A DNA stretch of 64,000 nucleotides from an uncultured Bacteroidales bacterium (lineage in GTDB: Bacteria; Bacteroidota; Bacteroidia; Bacteroidales; CAYTAU01): assembly GCA_964435855.1 (NCBI GenBank), contig CAYTAU010000008.1, forward strand, positions 2,096-66,095, written 5' to 3'. Each line of letters opens with the position of its first letter. Position 1 is the first letter of the stretch. The notes below the pieces were generated by a model that had not been told where the DNA came from, did no database searches, and was given only the letters and a program-made list of their open reading frames with translations. This document shows, piece after piece, positions 34,982 through 46,674 of this stretch. The position numbers and the translations under genes are program-made.

Positions 34982-37702
34982 TTACCCTTGCTTAATATTT
35001 GCTTGTGCTGCTGCTAATCGTGCAATTGGCACTCTAAATGGTGAACAACTTACGTAATTCATTCCAACTTTATGGCAAAATTCTACTGATGATGGCTCAC
35101 CACCATGTTCGCCACAAATACCTATTTTTAAATCAGGATTAGTAGTTCTACCTCTGCTTATTCCCATTTCAACTAATTGTCCAACACCTTCCTGGTCTAA
35201 TACCTGAAAAGGGTCGTTCTTAAGAATTCCTAATTCAGTATAAACAGGTAAAAATTTACCCGCATCATCTCTTGAATATCCAAATGCCATTTGAGTAAGG
35301 TCATTTGTTCCAAAAGAAAAGAATTCGGCAGTTTCGGCAACTTTGTCCGCTGTCAGAGCGGCCCTTGGTATTTCTATCATTGTACCAACTAAATATTCAA
35401 TTTTGTCGCCTTTTTCTTCAAATACTTTGTTGGCAATTTTTTTAACCATGTCTTCTTGCATTCTGTATTCTTTGGCAGTACCTATTAGTGGTACCATAAT
35501 TTCAGGAATAGCTTTAATTCCTTTTTTCTTAAGATTTAAAGCAGCTTCGATGATTGCTCTTGCCTGCATTTCGGTAATTTCAGGATAAGTATTTCCCAAA
35601 CGACAACCTCTATGTCCAAGCATTGGGTTAAATTCAGAAAGGTCTTCTACTTTATCTTTAATTATTTTTACAGATACACCCATTACATCAGCCATTTCCT
35701 GTTGTCCTTTTTCATCGTGTGGAACAAACTCATGTAAAGGAGGGTCAAGTAAACGAACAGTTACAGGCAAGTCTTGCATAGCTTCAAAAATGCCTTCAAA
35801 ATCTTTTCTTTGTATAGGCAATAATTTTTTCAAAGCTTCAATTCTTCCTGTTTCGTCATCAGCAAGTATCATTTCACGCATTGCAATAATTCTGTCGCCC
35901 TCAAAAAACATGTGTTCCGTACGGCAAAGACCAATGCCTTGTGCTCCAAATTCGCGAGCTGCTTTAGCATCGTGAGGAGTATCGGCATTTGTTCTTACAT
36001 TCATTCTTGTAAATTTATCGGCAAGAGTCATTAGTTCTCCAAAATCACCACTTAATTCAGGGTCAATAGTTTTTGTCTGTCCTTCATAAACTTCACCGGT
36101 ACTTCCGTTGAGAGATATCCAATTACCTTCATTATAAGTAACACCATCAACAGTCATTGTTTTTGCTTTGTAATCAATTTTTATGCTACCTGCACCCGAA
36201 ACACAACATTTGCCCATTCCTCGTGCTACAACTGCTGCATGTGATGTCATTCCTCCCCGTGCAGTTAAAATGCCATTAGCAATGTTCATTCCTTTAAGAT
36301 CTTCGGGAGATGTTTCAATACGAACTAAAATAACGTTTTTACCATTATTTGCCCATTCTTCTGCATCATCGGCATGAAATACTATTTGACCGGTTGCTGC
36401 TCCGGGAGAAGCAGGCAGACCTTTTGTAATTACATTTGCTGAAGCAATTGCTCCTTTATCAAAAACAGGGTGAAGAAGTTCATCAAGTTTATTTGGTTCA
36501 ACTCTTAGTACAGCTGTTTTGTCATCTATTTCACCCTCTTTAAACATATCAGTTGCAATTTTTACCATTGCAGCACCTGTACGTTTTCCGCTTCTTGTTT
36601 GCAATAACCAAAGTTTACCATCTTGCATAGTAAATTCAATGTCTTGCATATCTTTATAGTGTTTTTCAAGTTTTTTCTGAGTATCGAATAGTTCTTTATA
36701 AACCACAGGCATTAATTCTTCAAGCGATGGATATTCAGAAGCTCTAATTTCTTCTGTTATATTAGCTAATTTGGCCCAACGTAATGAACCTTCCTTAGTA
36801 ATTTGTTGAGGGGTACGGGTTCCTGCAACAACATCTTCGCCTTGTGCGTTAATAAGGTATTCGCCGTTAAATATATTTTCGCCGGTTCCTGCATCTCTTG
36901 TAAAAGCAACTCCTGTTCCTGAACTGTTTCCCATATTCCCATAAACCATTGCTTGTACATTAACGGCAGTTCCCCACTCAGAAGGAATTTGATTTAACTG
37001 ACGGTAATAAATAGCTCTTTCAGTATTCCAACTGTCAAAAACAGCCATTATAGCGCCCCATAGTTGATCCCATGGGTTTGTTGGAAAATCTTTTCCGGTT
37101 TGTTTTTTTACAGCAATTTTAAATTTTTCAACTAATTCTTTCAGGTCGTCAACACTAAAGTCCGTATCTAATTCAATACCTTTTGCCTCTTTAATTTCTT
37201 CCATTATTTTTTCAAATGGGTCAATGTCTTCTTTAGATTCAGGTTTCATTCCCAAAACAACATCACCATACATTTGAACAAAACGGCGATAAGAATCCCA
37301 TGCAAAGCGTTCATTATCCGATTTTATTGCTATACCTATGACAGTTTCATCATTTAATCCAAGATTAAGCACTGTGTCCATCATACCCGGCATAGAAACT
37401 CTTGCACCGGAGCGAACTGATACTAAACACGGATTTTCTTTATCCCCAAATTTAGCTCCCATAATTTTTTCGATATGAGTAACTCCATTTTCAATATCTT
37501 TTTGCAACAATTCAACAACTTTATCTTTACCAAATTCATTGTATTCAGTACAAGTATCAGTAGTAATTGTGAATCCTGGAGGCACCGGTACGCCAATTAA
37601 ATTCATTTCGGCAAGGTTTGCACCTTTTCCACCTAGAAGATTTTTCATGTCGGATTTTCCTTCAGCTTCTTTGTTTCCAAATGTATAAACTCGTTTTTCC
37701 AT
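34982..37702 (-). CDS. ppdK: pyruvate, phosphate dikinase
   Basis: 906 aa. LGGKGANLAEM, catalytic GGMTSHAAVVARGMG, C-terminal CGEHGGEP. Confidence 0.97.
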   Translation of the reverse strand: MEKRVYTFGNKEAEGKSDMKNLLGGKGANLAEMNLIGVPVPPGFTITTDTCTEYNEFGKDKVVELLQKDIENGVTHIEKIMGAKFGDKENPCLVSVRSGARVSMPGMMDTVLNLGLNDETVIGIAIKSDNERFAWDSYRRFVQMYGDVVLGMKPESKEDIDPFEKIMEEIKEAKGIELDTDFSVDDLKELVEKFKIAVKKQTGKDFPTNPWDQLWGAIMAVFDSWNTERAIYYRQLNQIPSEWGTAVNVQAMVYGNMGNSSGTGVAFTRDAGTGENIFNGEYLINAQGEDVVAGTRTPQQITKEGSLRWAKLANITEEIRASEYPSLEELMPVVYKELFDTQKKLEKHYKDMQDIEFTMQDGKLWLLQTRSGKRTGAAMVKIATDMFKEGEIDDKTAVLRVEPNKLDELLHPVFDKGAIASANVITKGLPASPGAATGQIVFHADDAEEWANNGKNVILVRIETSPEDLKGMNIANGILTARGGMTSHAAVVARGMGKCCVSGAGSIKIDYKAKTMTVDGVTYNEGNWISLNGSTGEVYEGQTKTIDPELSGDFGELMTLADKFTRMNVRTNADTPHDAKAAREFGAQGIGLCRTEHMFFEGDRIIAMREMILADDETGRIEALKKLLPIQRKDFEGIFEAMQDLPVTVRLLDPPLHEFVPHDEKGQQEMADVMGVSVKIIKDKVEDLSEFNPMLGHRGCRLGNTYPEITEMQARAIIEAALNLKKKGIKAIPEIMVPLIGTAKEYRMQEDMVKKIANKVFEEKGDKIEYLVGTMIEIPRAALTADKVAETAEFFSFGTNDLTQMAFGYSRDDAGKFLPVYTELGILKNDPFQVLDQEGVGQLVEMGISRGRTTNPDLKIGICGEHGGEPSSVEFCHKVGMNYVSCSPFRVPIARLAAAQANIKQG

Positions 37703-37824
37703 GATATATTTAATTTAAAATATTTACTTAATTTCTATATTCAAAAATGCAAAGATTTTTAATTTTAACCAAAAAATAAAGTTTTTTTTTAATTTTTTTT
37801 TTAAATAATAAGTTAAGACATTAT

Positions 37825-37856
37825 ACATTAAATTGCTAATACATTAAATTGCTAAT
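37825..37856. repeat. perfect 16-bp direct repeat x2 (acattaaattgctaat) in the divergent ppdK / histidine-kinase intergenic region
   Basis: Two adjacent identical 16-mers. Confidence 0.9.
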
Positions 37857-37989
37857 AGATTTTGTTTTTTAATTTATTAGTATATGTATTATTACATGGT
37901 TTTTATTAAAAAAAAGTGATTTTGTTTGTTTGTTTTTTGTTTTTGTATACTTTTATAAATAATTATTTATAAAATAAATATTTCATTTT

Positions 37990-40491
37990 ATGAAGCAAAA
38001 ACGTAAATTTCTGATATTCTTTTTGTTTTTATATTGTTTTGCCTTTTCATTTTCATCAATTGCCAGTAATAAGATAGACAGTTTAAAGAACCTTCTAAAT
38101 TCTAATGAAAATAAAGAACAATTGGAAATACTTAAACAACTTTCTGATATACAAATAGAAAAACAACCATCCAAAGCACTTGAGTATAGTAAGCGTGCAT
38201 TAATTATATCACAAAAGATCAAAAATAAAAAGGATGAATATGAATTATTGATAAGTATTGGTGAAATTTATAAAAAAATAGAATTTTATGAAGATGCACT
38301 TGAATACTTTTTGTTTGCTTTCAATTTTGCAAAAGAAAATAATGAAATTAATGAAATCGCTTATGTATATAATAATCTTGGAATTGTATATGCGAATCTA
38401 AGTAATACTAAAGAAGCATTATCTTATTTTGAAAAGTATCTTAAAATTCAAGAAGAAAATCTTGATAAAAATCAAATGATTGTTGCATATAATAATATTG
38501 CAGGTGTTTATTATACTGAAAAAGATTATAAGACAGCAATAGAGTTTTATGAAAAATCTGTTAAAATTGAGAAAGAGATTTTTGATACAGTCAGCCTTGT
38601 TTTAACTTTAAATAATCTGGGATTGATATATCTTGATATGGATGATTATAATAATTCTAAAAAGTATTTTAATGAGGGATTAACACTTGCAAAAGAGAAT
38701 AATTTTATTGATGATATTATTTACACTAACAGCAATTTTGTTGATTTACATATTAAAAAGGCTGAATATCAGTTTGCAAAAAAATATTTGGAAGAAAATA
38801 TTAAACTCGCCAAACAACAAGGCTCTATAATTGTATTGCGAAATACCTATAAGAATTATTCATTATTGCACGAAAAATCGCAAAATTATAAACAAGCATA
38901 TACCTATTTTAAATTATATATCCAATATAAAGACAGTATATTAAGCATTGAAAATAATAATAAAATTGCTAATTTAAAGATAATTTATAGTTCAGATAGC
39001 AAAGAAATTGAAAATAAAATATTTAAAAAAAATAAGTATATCAATGAACTTAAAATAGCTAAACAAAATAGCTTTTTGTCCTTACATATTGTTTTCGGGT
39101 TTTTTATTGTATTGCTATTAATAATGTTGTTGATAATGATTAAAATTAACAAAAAGAACAAAACTGTTTTAAAGAAAAAAAATATGGAGATTAAACAGAT
39201 AAATTCTGAAATTAATTCTCAAAATTTAATGAATGAACAAAGAGTAGAACAAAAAACGCATCAATTACAAAATGATATTGAAAAAAGAAAGGGAACAGAA
39301 GAAGAACTTAAAATTGCATTAAATCAAACTGAGAAAACGAATAAAGAAAAATATGCATTTTTGATTAACATGAGTCATGAAATAAGAAACCCTCTTAATG
39401 CAATTATAGGGCTTTCTAATTTGGTGGAAAATTCTTTGAAAGATACTAATGTTGATTGTTCTCGTTATATTGAGGGTATTAAAAAAAACAGTAATACTTT
39501 ATTGAATTATTTTAATAATATGCTTGAACATAGTTTAATTGAAGATGTAGATGTAGATTTAGATTTAGATATTATTCAATGTAATGTATGTGAGATTATT
39601 GAAACTTCAATTAAAATGCATTCATTTACTGCAAATGAGAAAGGTCTTGAACTTAATTTGACTAAAAATATTTTGCCAAAAGTAAATGTTGATTGTAAGA
39701 CTATAGCCAAAGTTTTTTCTAAAGTTATTGAAAATGCAGTTAAATATACAAAAGAAGGGGGTATAGATATATCAAGTATGCACATACCTGAAAGTAATGA
39801 AGTATATATACAGGTTTCAGATACAGGAATTGGGATTGATAAGGAACTATTACCACATATTTTTGAATCGGTTGCTCTTGAAAGCGAAGGTTATTATAAA
39901 TCGTTTGATGGTACAGAAAAAGGTTTATCACTATCTAAAAAGTTAATAGAATTAATTGGCGGTAGAATTGAAATTTCATCTAAAAAGAATAAAGGAACAA
40001 TAGTAAAAATATTCATACCTGTAGAAGAAATAGATGAAAGTTTGTCAGATAAACAGTATATCATTTCTGCCGATGAAATGCATATCTCAAATGATATTTT
40101 AAAAGAAAGCGGACTTGAAATACTTATAATTGAAGATGATGAATTTAATGCCTTGATATTGGAAGAAATTTTAACTAAAATAGGAAAAACCACTACTGCT
40201 GTTGATGGTAATAATGCACTAGAAATTATTCAAAATAAATCGGGTAAAACTAAAAAATTTGATATAATAATTTCCGATATTAATTTGCCTGGAAAACTTG
40301 ATGGTATTGAGCTTATGAAAACAATAAAAGAAAAATGGAATTTTTATAAAGATGTCCCTTTTATTGCTCAAACAGCTTATGCTATGAGTAAAGACAGAGA
40401 ACGTTTGTTGCAATCGGGTTTTGATGATTATATTTCCAAGCCAATTGATAATGATGAATTGCTAGTGATAATTAAGAGTAAATTAATTTGA
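37990..40491 (+). CDS. hybrid sensor histidine kinase/response regulator with N-terminal TPR repeats
   Basis: Signal/TM, TPR-like YNNLG/YNNIA repeats, a second TM, H-box [31 protein letters not shown], receiver ILIIEDD...[15 protein letters not shown]...ISKP. Confidence 0.9.
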   Translation: MKQKRKFLIFFLFLYCFAFSFSSIASNKIDSLKNLLNSNENKEQLEILKQLSDIQIEKQPSKALEYSKRALIISQKIKNKKDEYELLISIGEIYKKIEFYEDALEYFLFAFNFAKENNEINEIAYVYNNLGIVYANLSNTKEALSYFEKYLKIQEENLDKNQMIVAYNNIAGVYYTEKDYKTAIEFYEKSVKIEKEIFDTVSLVLTLNNLGLIYLDMDDYNNSKKYFNEGLTLAKENNFIDDIIYTNSNFVDLHIKKAEYQFAKKYLEENIKLAKQQGSIIVLRNTYKNYSLLHEKSQNYKQAYTYFKLYIQYKDSILSIENNNKIANLKIIYSSDSKEIENKIFKKNKYINELKIAKQNSFLSLHIVFGFFIVLLLIMLLIMIKINKKNKTVLKKKNMEIKQINSEINSQNLMNEQRVEQKTHQLQNDIEKRKGTEEELKIALNQTEKTNKEKYAFLINMSHEIRNPLNAIIGLSNLVENSLKDTNVDCSRYIEGIKKNSNTLLNYFNNMLEHSLIEDVDVDLDLDIIQCNVCEIIETSIKMHSFTANEKGLELNLTKNILPKVNVDCKTIAKVFSKVIENAVKYTKEGGIDISSMHIPESNEVYIQVSDTGIGIDKELLPHIFESVALESEGYYKSFDGTEKGLSLSKKLIELIGGRIEISSKKNKGTIVKIFIPVEEIDESLSDKQYIISADEMHISNDILKESGLEILIIEDDEFNALILEEILTKIGKTTTAVDGNNALEIIQNKSGKTKKFDIIISDINLPGKLDGIELMKTIKEKWNFYKDVPFIAQTAYAMSKDRERLLQSGFDDYISKPIDNDELLVIIKSKLI

Positions 40492-41925
40492 TTTTTTTGG
40501 ATTTAAACCAAACTTTTCTTTTCCAATTTTTAGCATATAATTGTATGCAGACTTGTAATTATTTTCAATTAACCCATCTAATATAGCATCTTTTATAGCG
40601 AGTTTGATATCTCCAACAATTTTTGAAGGTTTAATATCAAAAATAGTTATAATCTCTTTCCCGTTTATAGGTGGTTGCCAATTTCTTATTTTGTCTTTTT
40701 CTTCAACTTCAATAAGTTTTGTTCTTACTAATTTAAAATTTTCAATATATTGTTTTATTTTTTTTTCATTCTTTGATGTAATATCAGCTTCCGATAATAG
40801 CATAAGATCATCAACATCATTTCCTGCATCGTATAAAAGTCTTCTTATTGCAGAATCGGTAACTTTGTTAGAAACTAAAGCAATTGGTCTTAAATGCAAG
40901 TTAACCAGTTTCTGTACATATTTCATCTTTTCGTTTAATGGCAATCGTAATGCTTTAAAAATATCAGGTATCATTTTAGCACCATAATGCTCATGTCCGT
41001 GAAAACTCCATCCTGTTTTTCTATTAAATTTTTTTGTAGAGGGTTTTGCAATATCATGCAGTAATGATGCCCATCTAAGCCACAAATTTTCAGACTTTCT
41101 ACTAATATTATCTAATACTTCAAGTGAATGGTAAAAATTATCTTTATGTGCTTTGTTGTTTATTATTTCTACTCCTTTTAGTTTATCAAGTTCTGGAATA
41201 ATTATTTTTAGTAATCCGCTTTCATCAAGCAATCTGAAACCTGCTGAAGGTTTTTTTGAAAGCATTATTTTATTTATTTCGTCAATAATCCTTTCAGGTG
41301 AAACAATCTTAATTCTGTCCTTATTATTAATAATTCCTTTATATGATGTTTTATCAATATTAAAATTTAATTGGGAAGCAAACCTAATAGCACGTAGCAT
41401 TCTTAAAGGGTCATCAGAAAAAGTAATATCAGGGTCTAATGGAGTTCTAATAATTTTTTCTTTAAGGTCATTTAAACCGTTAAACGGGTCAATAAATTTA
41501 CCATAAGAATTTTTATTTAATGATATTGCAAGAGTATTAATTGTAAAATCTCTTCGGTTTTGATCATCTTCAATAGTCCCGTTTTCTACTATTGGTTTTC
41601 TGGAATTTCTATTATAAGATTCTTTCCTTGCGCCAACAAATTCTATCTCAAAATTTTTATATACTACTTGAGCAGTACCAAAGTTTTTGTAAACAGCAAC
41701 ATTTTTAATTTTTAATTTATTGGCAAGTTCTTTGGCTAAATCAATACCGCTTCCTATTACTACAATATCAATATCTTTGCTTTTTCTTTTTAAAAACAAG
41801 TCTCTGACATAACCACCTATGACAAATGCTTCTTGATTATTTTTTGCAAGTATTTCGGATACGGCATTAAACACGTTATTATTAAGGTGTTCAATAATTC
41901 TAGTATGTGATATATCTGTATTCAA
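40483..41925 (-). CDS. CCA-adding enzyme / poly(A) polymerase family nucleotidyltransferase with HD domain
   Basis: [33 protein letters not shown]. Confidence 0.85.
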   Translation of the reverse strand: MNTDISHTRIIEHLNNNVFNAVSEILAKNNQEAFVIGGYVRDLFLKRKSKDIDIVVIGSGIDLAKELANKLKIKNVAVYKNFGTAQVVYKNFEIEFVGARKESYNRNSRKPIVENGTIEDDQNRRDFTINTLAISLNKNSYGKFIDPFNGLNDLKEKIIRTPLDPDITFSDDPLRMLRAIRFASQLNFNIDKTSYKGIINNKDRIKIVSPERIIDEINKIMLSKKPSAGFRLLDESGLLKIIIPELDKLKGVEIINNKAHKDNFYHSLEVLDNISRKSENLWLRWASLLHDIAKPSTKKFNRKTGWSFHGHEHYGAKMIPDIFKALRLPLNEKMKYVQKLVNLHLRPIALVSNKVTDSAIRRLLYDAGNDVDDLMLLSEADITSKNEKKIKQYIENFKLVRTKLIEVEEKDKIRNWQPPINGKEIITIFDIKPSKIVGDIKLAIKDAILDGLIENNYKSAYNYMLKIGKEKFGLNPKKSN

Positions 41926-42047
41926 AACATGACAAAATTACAATTTTTATTATATTTTTTCACAAAATTCACTTAATACATGAAATGGCATATATGTTGA
42001 TATGTGAATGCGTCAATATGTTATTTAATAATTTAAAAACAAATATT

Positions 42048-42410
42048 ATGATTGAGCATTTAACTGTAGAAACTTTTAAGGAAAAAGTTTTTAATTATGA
42101 AAAAAATAAAGAATGGAAATTTGAAGGCAAAATTCCTGCTGTAATAGATTTTTATGCTGAATGGTGTCAACCTTGTAAAATAGTAGCTCCTATTCTTGAA
42201 GAATTACAGGACGAGTATAAGGGAGACCTTAATGTATATAAAGTAAACACTGAAGAACAACAAGAATTAGCAGGTGTTTTTGGAGTGCAAAGTATTCCAT
42301 CAATTTTATTTGTACCAAAAGAAGGGCAACCACAAATGGCACAAGGCGCATTACCAAAAGATACTTTTAAGAAAGCATTTGCAGATGTGTTGAAAGTAAA
42401 AGAAAAGTAA
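42048..42410 (+). CDS. thioredoxin
   Basis: 120 aa from the internal ATG (MIEHLTVETF..). WCQPCK active site. The longer ORF-track start adds an implausible leader. Confidence 0.85.
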   Translation: MIEHLTVETFKEKVFNYEKNKEWKFEGKIPAVIDFYAEWCQPCKIVAPILEELQDEYKGDLNVYKVNTEEQQELAGVFGVQSIPSILFVPKEGQPQMAQGALPKDTFKKAFADVLKVKEK

Positions 42411-42455
42411 GTAATTCTGTGATATTATAGGGTAATTATAAAAAATATTAGTATA

Positions 42456-42508
42456 AATTCGTGTGATTCGTGGCAAAGAAAAATATTAGCGAATTAGCGG
42501 CAAAAAAA
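42456..42508 (+). repeat. short motif cluster ATTCGTG-GATTCGTGGCAAAGAAAAA / GAATTAGCGGCAAAAAAA
   Basis: Related to gattcgcggctaaaaaaac (minus strand at 34692-34710) and ccccgtggcaattgatttttt (54833-54853). Confidence 0.5.
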
Positions 42509-42519
42509 TATATGTAGAT

Positions 42520-42999
42520 ATGAAAAGATTATCAATTTTAATATTAGTATTTATAGCATTTAATTCGATTTTGATCTCTCAAAATACATTGCTTGTTGAT
42601 GCAGCTAAATCAGGTGTAATATCAAATAATAGTTCAAAAGAAATTATACATTTAAATAAGGAAAAGTTTAAAAAACTGGTTTTTAATTATGATGTAAACG
42701 ATAAATGGAAATACGAAGGTAATGTTCCTGCAATAATTGATTTTTATGCAGATTGGTGCAAACCTTGTAAAATGGTTGCTCCTACATTGGAAGAGCTTCA
42801 AAAAGAATACAATGGGAAAATTCAGATTTATAAAGTGAATACGCAATTTGAAAAAGAGCTTGCAAGTGTTTTTAGAATTTCAGGTATTCCTGCATTCTTG
42901 TTCATACCTGAAGAAGGCGAACCATCAATGGCAACAGGAGCAATGCCAAAAGCAAGTTTTGAAAAATATATTAAAGAATATTTAAAAATAGAAAAGTAG
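42520..42999 (+). CDS. secreted/periplasmic thioredoxin-family protein
   Basis: Signal peptide MKRLSILILVFIAFNSILISQ. WCKPCK. Paralog of 42048..42410. Confidence 0.8.
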   Translation: MKRLSILILVFIAFNSILISQNTLLVDAAKSGVISNNSSKEIIHLNKEKFKKLVFNYDVNDKWKYEGNVPAIIDFYADWCKPCKMVAPTLEELQKEYNGKIQIYKVNTQFEKELASVFRISGIPAFLFIPEEGEPSMATGAMPKASFEKYIKEYLKIEK

Positions 43000-43040
43000 A
43001 AGTTGCTTGAGGAGATTTTGCATAGCATCTGTTTTATCAA

Positions 43041-43655
43041 TTATTGATAATGCAGATGCTTTTTTATTACCTCAATTATAGATTTGTAAGTTTGATTTTT
43101 AATAATTTCAAGTTTATTTTTTTCAAACCATTTAACGATTGTAATATCTTCTTCAATTTGAGGTATCAACTTATTATTTCCAAAATAATCCATTTTATAC
43201 CAATATGTTTTTTTTAAAACATTTTGATTTTCAAATTTATATGTATGAAATGTATTGCAAACATGCTTAATAATTTTTACGTTTTTCAAGCCAGTTTCTT
43301 CTTCAACTTCTCTTAATGCAGTAATTTTGGGTGTTTCGCCATCGTCAATTTTTCCCTTTGGTAAATCCCATTTTCCTCTTCTGAAAATAAATAATATCCT
43401 GTCGTTTTCATCTTTAATTATTCCCCCCGAAGCTTCAATTATTTGAAATTGAGAAGAAAAGGTCATAAATAATTTTTCAACATTTTGTGAATATATACAT
43501 AATTCGTCTAAATCAGAATCGGAACTTATTAAATGAATCGCATTAGTAATGTCCTCAATATTACCAATATAGTTGATATTTTTGATTTCCGTTTCTTTTT
43601 TGTCTGAAATATGAATTACTTTATCGTTAAAAAAAACTTTATAATTTTGCATCAT
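43041..43655 (-). CDS. NUDIX hydrolase
   Basis: Nudix box GKIDDGETPKITALREVEEETGL. Confidence 0.85.
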   Translation of the reverse strand: MMQNYKVFFNDKVIHISDKKETEIKNINYIGNIEDITNAIHLISSDSDLDELCIYSQNVEKLFMTFSSQFQIIEASGGIIKDENDRILFIFRRGKWDLPKGKIDDGETPKITALREVEEETGLKNVKIIKHVCNTFHTYKFENQNVLKKTYWYKMDYFGNNKLIPQIEEDITIVKWFEKNKLEIIKNQTYKSIIEVIKKHLHYQ

Positions 43656-44289
43656 GGAAAATATTGAAAAAAACGTAGCTAATCATTTATTGCAAATTAA
43701 AGCAATAAAACTACAACCTGCAAATCCTTTTACATGGGCTTCGGGATGGAAATCGCCAATATATTGTGATAACAGAAAAACATTATCATATCCCGAAACA
43801 AGAGATTACATTCGAGATTGTTTTGTGAAAGTTGTAAATGAAAAATATCCTGATGTTGAAGTTATTGCAGGTGTTGCTACAGGAGCAATTGCAATGGGAG
43901 TGCTTGTGGCACAAGTTTTAAATAAGCCTTTTGTTTATATTAGATCGGCTGCAAAGGGGCATGGTTTGGAAAACATGATTGAAGGTGAGATTAAGGCAGG
44001 ACAAAAAGTTGTGGTAATTGAAGATTTAATTTCAACGGGCGGAAGCAGTCTTAAAGCTGTTAATGCCTTGCGTGTAGCTGATTGTGATGTGCTTGGTATG
44101 GTAGCAATTTTTACTTACGATTTTGAAGTTGCAAGAGACAATTTTAATAAGCTTGGTTGTAAACTTATCACTTTAAGTAATTACAATGCAATGATTGAAG
44201 CTGCTAATGAAAATAATTATATTGAGAAAAATGATATTGAAACATTAAAAGAATGGAGAATTAATCCCAGTAAATGGGGAAAAGAATAA
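43654..44289 (+). CDS. pyrE: orotate phosphoribosyltransferase
   Basis: FTWASGWKSPIYCDNR and PRPP loop VVVIEDLISTGGSS. Confidence 0.93.
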   Translation: MENIEKNVANHLLQIKAIKLQPANPFTWASGWKSPIYCDNRKTLSYPETRDYIRDCFVKVVNEKYPDVEVIAGVATGAIAMGVLVAQVLNKPFVYIRSAAKGHGLENMIEGEIKAGQKVVVIEDLISTGGSSLKAVNALRVADCDVLGMVAIFTYDFEVARDNFNKLGCKLITLSNYNAMIEAANENNYIEKNDIETLKEWRINPSKWGKE

Positions 44290-44295
44290 TTAATT

Positions 44296-44697
44296 ATGAC
44301 AAAAATTGAAAGTAACAAAAAGAATATCAATAAGAGAATTGAATTTGTTTATAGTTTTCTTGAAGATATTAATAATTTGGAGAAAATAATGCCCGATAGG
44401 GTTGTTGATTGGCAATCTACAAGTGAGAGCTGTTATTTTACCATTAAGGGAACAGCTAGTTTAGGGATGAAGATTGAAGAAAAAAAGCCTTCTACATTCA
44501 TAAAATTAATTAACGATGGAAAAGTGCCTTTTAAATTTGATTTTTTAATGGAATTGGCAGAAGTTGATAACGAAAATACAAGTGTCCAGTTTATTTTTAA
44601 TGCTGATTTAAATCCTATGTTGAAAATGATGGCTGTTTCTCCATTGAAAAACTTTTTAAATATTTTATTAGACAATTTGTCAGAAACAAATTTTTAA
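44296..44697 (+). CDS. small SRPBCC-like protein (paralog 1)
   Basis: 133 aa. Shares DWQ.T.E.C.FTI and overall pattern with the next ORF. Fold assignment is tentative. Confidence 0.5.
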   Translation: MTKIESNKKNINKRIEFVYSFLEDINNLEKIMPDRVVDWQSTSESCYFTIKGTASLGMKIEEKKPSTFIKLINDGKVPFKFDFLMELAEVDNENTSVQFIFNADLNPMLKMMAVSPLKNFLNILLDNLSETNF

Positions 44698-45096
44698 ATG
44701 CTAGAAGTTGTAAGTAAAATTGGTAGTGTAAATAAATCTGAAGAGGAGATATATAACAGATTATCAGATTTTAATAATTTAGGGCAAATGCTGCCAAAAG
44801 ATAAAGTTAGCGATTGGCAGGCAACAGAAGAAACCTGTAGTTTCACAATTGAAAAAGTAGGAAATATAGAATTGCATATTATAGAAAAACAGCCCAATAA
44901 ACTAATAAAAATTGGTGGTGGCGGAGCAATTCCTATGAATTTTAATTTGTGGATACAGCTAAAACAAATAAATACTAATAAAACTGCCGTAAGAATTACA
45001 ATAAAAGCTGAAGTAAACGTAATGATGAAAACGATGCTGAAAAAACCATTACAAAAAGCTTTGGATGGCATGATAGATAATCTTGAGAAAATGTAG
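44698..45096 (+). CDS. small SRPBCC-like protein (paralog 2)
   Basis: 132 aa. Tandem paralog of 44296..44697. Confidence 0.5.
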   Translation: MLEVVSKIGSVNKSEEEIYNRLSDFNNLGQMLPKDKVSDWQATEETCSFTIEKVGNIELHIIEKQPNKLIKIGGGGAIPMNFNLWIQLKQINTNKTAVRITIKAEVNVMMKTMLKKPLQKALDGMIDNLEKM

Positions 45097-45118
45097 TTTA
45101 TAGGAATAAGTAAATCGG

Positions 45119-46582
45119 ATGAGATTAAAAACCCATAAATACTTAATATTAACAATAATAATTTTTGGAGTAATATATTCCTTAGTATCTCTTGTAAATC
45201 ATTATAATTTCAGAACATATGCTTTAGATTTAGGAGCATATACAAATGCAATGTATGATTATATCCATTTTCAATGGAATGATAGTACTGTTTTTAAAGA
45301 AATAAGAGAAAACTTATTCGCCGATCATTTCGATTTATACTTAGTTATATTTTCTCCTTTATCATTAATTTTTAGAACCTATACGTTATTAATTGTACAA
45401 ATAATATTTTTATTATTTGGTGGGATAGGAGTATACAAATATTTCTCAATTTCAAAATATAAATACAATATAGCTTTATTTGCAACTATATATTTTTATC
45501 TGTTTTTTGGAGTTTTTTCTGCTGTATCGTTTGATTATCATAGTAATGTTATAGCCTCATCACTTATACCTTGGTTATTTTACTGCTTCAAGCGAAAAAA
45601 ATACATGAACACAGGAATTATTCTTGTACTGTTGTTAGTATCAAAAGAGAATATTTCTCTGTGGCTTGCATTTATATTTATAGGTTTATTATTTGAGTAT
45701 AAAAAAGATAAAGTTTCCTTACGTTATTTGTTCTTGTTTTTTTCAATATCAATTATGTATTTTATATTAATAATCAATGTTGTTATGCCAGCCCTTTCAA
45801 ATAGCGGAACATATCCCCACTTCGATTATTCTTATTTAGGAAATGACTCGTTTGAAGCAGTAAAGTATTTATTTTCACATCCAATAGAAGCTGTTAAAAT
45901 ATTATTTGTAAATCATACTGATAGCTATTTTGGCAACTATGTTAAACTTGAATTACATATACTGGTTTTTATATCAGGATTTTTCATGTTGTTTTTAAAG
46001 CCACATTATATTTTAATGTTAATCCCAATTTATTTTCAAAAGTTATTTCATGATAATTATTTAATGTGGGGGATTTATGGGCAATATTCTATTGAATATG
46101 CTCCTATTTTAGCAATTGGAATTTTTTCTGCCATCAGTGAATTTAAAAGTATAAAACTATCAAAGATTATATCTGTTGTAGTTTTGTTGGGTGTTATATG
46201 TTCAACAATAAGAATAATGGATAATACAGTTATATATACAGATAAATCAAGAATACGACTTTATAAAACTTCTCATTATAAAAGAGATTATAATGTGAAA
46301 ATTGTACATGAACAAATAAATAAAATTCCTGAAAATGCAATAGTTAGTGCTCAATCATCAATTTTACCTCATTTATCTATAAGGGATTATATTTACCAGT
46401 TTCCAATTGTTAAAGATGCTGATTATATAATATACTCTCCTAAAGAAAGTACATATCCGTTATTAGAAGAAGATTTTTATGTAAAAATCAAAGACATTAT
46501 GAGTTCAAATAAATGGAGAACATATTTTATGAGTGAAGATATTGTTATACTTGAAAAGAATGTAACTATTCAGTGTAATTGA
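45119..46582 (+). CDS. polytopic membrane protein, DUF2079-like (putative GT-C-type)
   Basis: 487 aa. Early loop DLGAYTNAMYDY typical of DUF2079. Many TM helices. Confidence 0.55.
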   Translation: MRLKTHKYLILTIIIFGVIYSLVSLVNHYNFRTYALDLGAYTNAMYDYIHFQWNDSTVFKEIRENLFADHFDLYLVIFSPLSLIFRTYTLLIVQIIFLLFGGIGVYKYFSISKYKYNIALFATIYFYLFFGVFSAVSFDYHSNVIASSLIPWLFYCFKRKKYMNTGIILVLLLVSKENISLWLAFIFIGLLFEYKKDKVSLRYLFLFFSISIMYFILIINVVMPALSNSGTYPHFDYSYLGNDSFEAVKYLFSHPIEAVKILFVNHTDSYFGNYVKLELHILVFISGFFMLFLKPHYILMLIPIYFQKLFHDNYLMWGIYGQYSIEYAPILAIGIFSAISEFKSIKLSKIISVVVLLGVICSTIRIMDNTVIYTDKSRIRLYKTSHYKRDYNVKIVHEQINKIPENAIVSAQSSILPHLSIRDYIYQFPIVKDADYIIYSPKESTYPLLEEDFYVKIKDIMSSNKWRTYFMSEDIVILEKNVTIQCN

Positions 46583-46674
46583 TTTCTATTTGCATTAACC
46601 ATTGAAAAATCCTCAATTTTGTAATCCAATAAAATTATTGTATCTTTAAAAATCAATTAAAACTCCTATATACT

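Noticed and set aside
41907-42047. N-terminal 47-aa extension of the thioredoxin ORF
   Set aside because: The extension overlaps the divergent CCA-enzyme gene start and looks non-protein-like. The internal ATG at 42048 gives a normal 120-aa thioredoxin that aligns with its paralog.
44694-45155. 153-aa minus-strand ORF
   Set aside because: It is antisense to 44698..45096, which has a clear tandem paralog (44296..44697). The minus ORF is hydrophobic noise from AT-rich antisense sequence.
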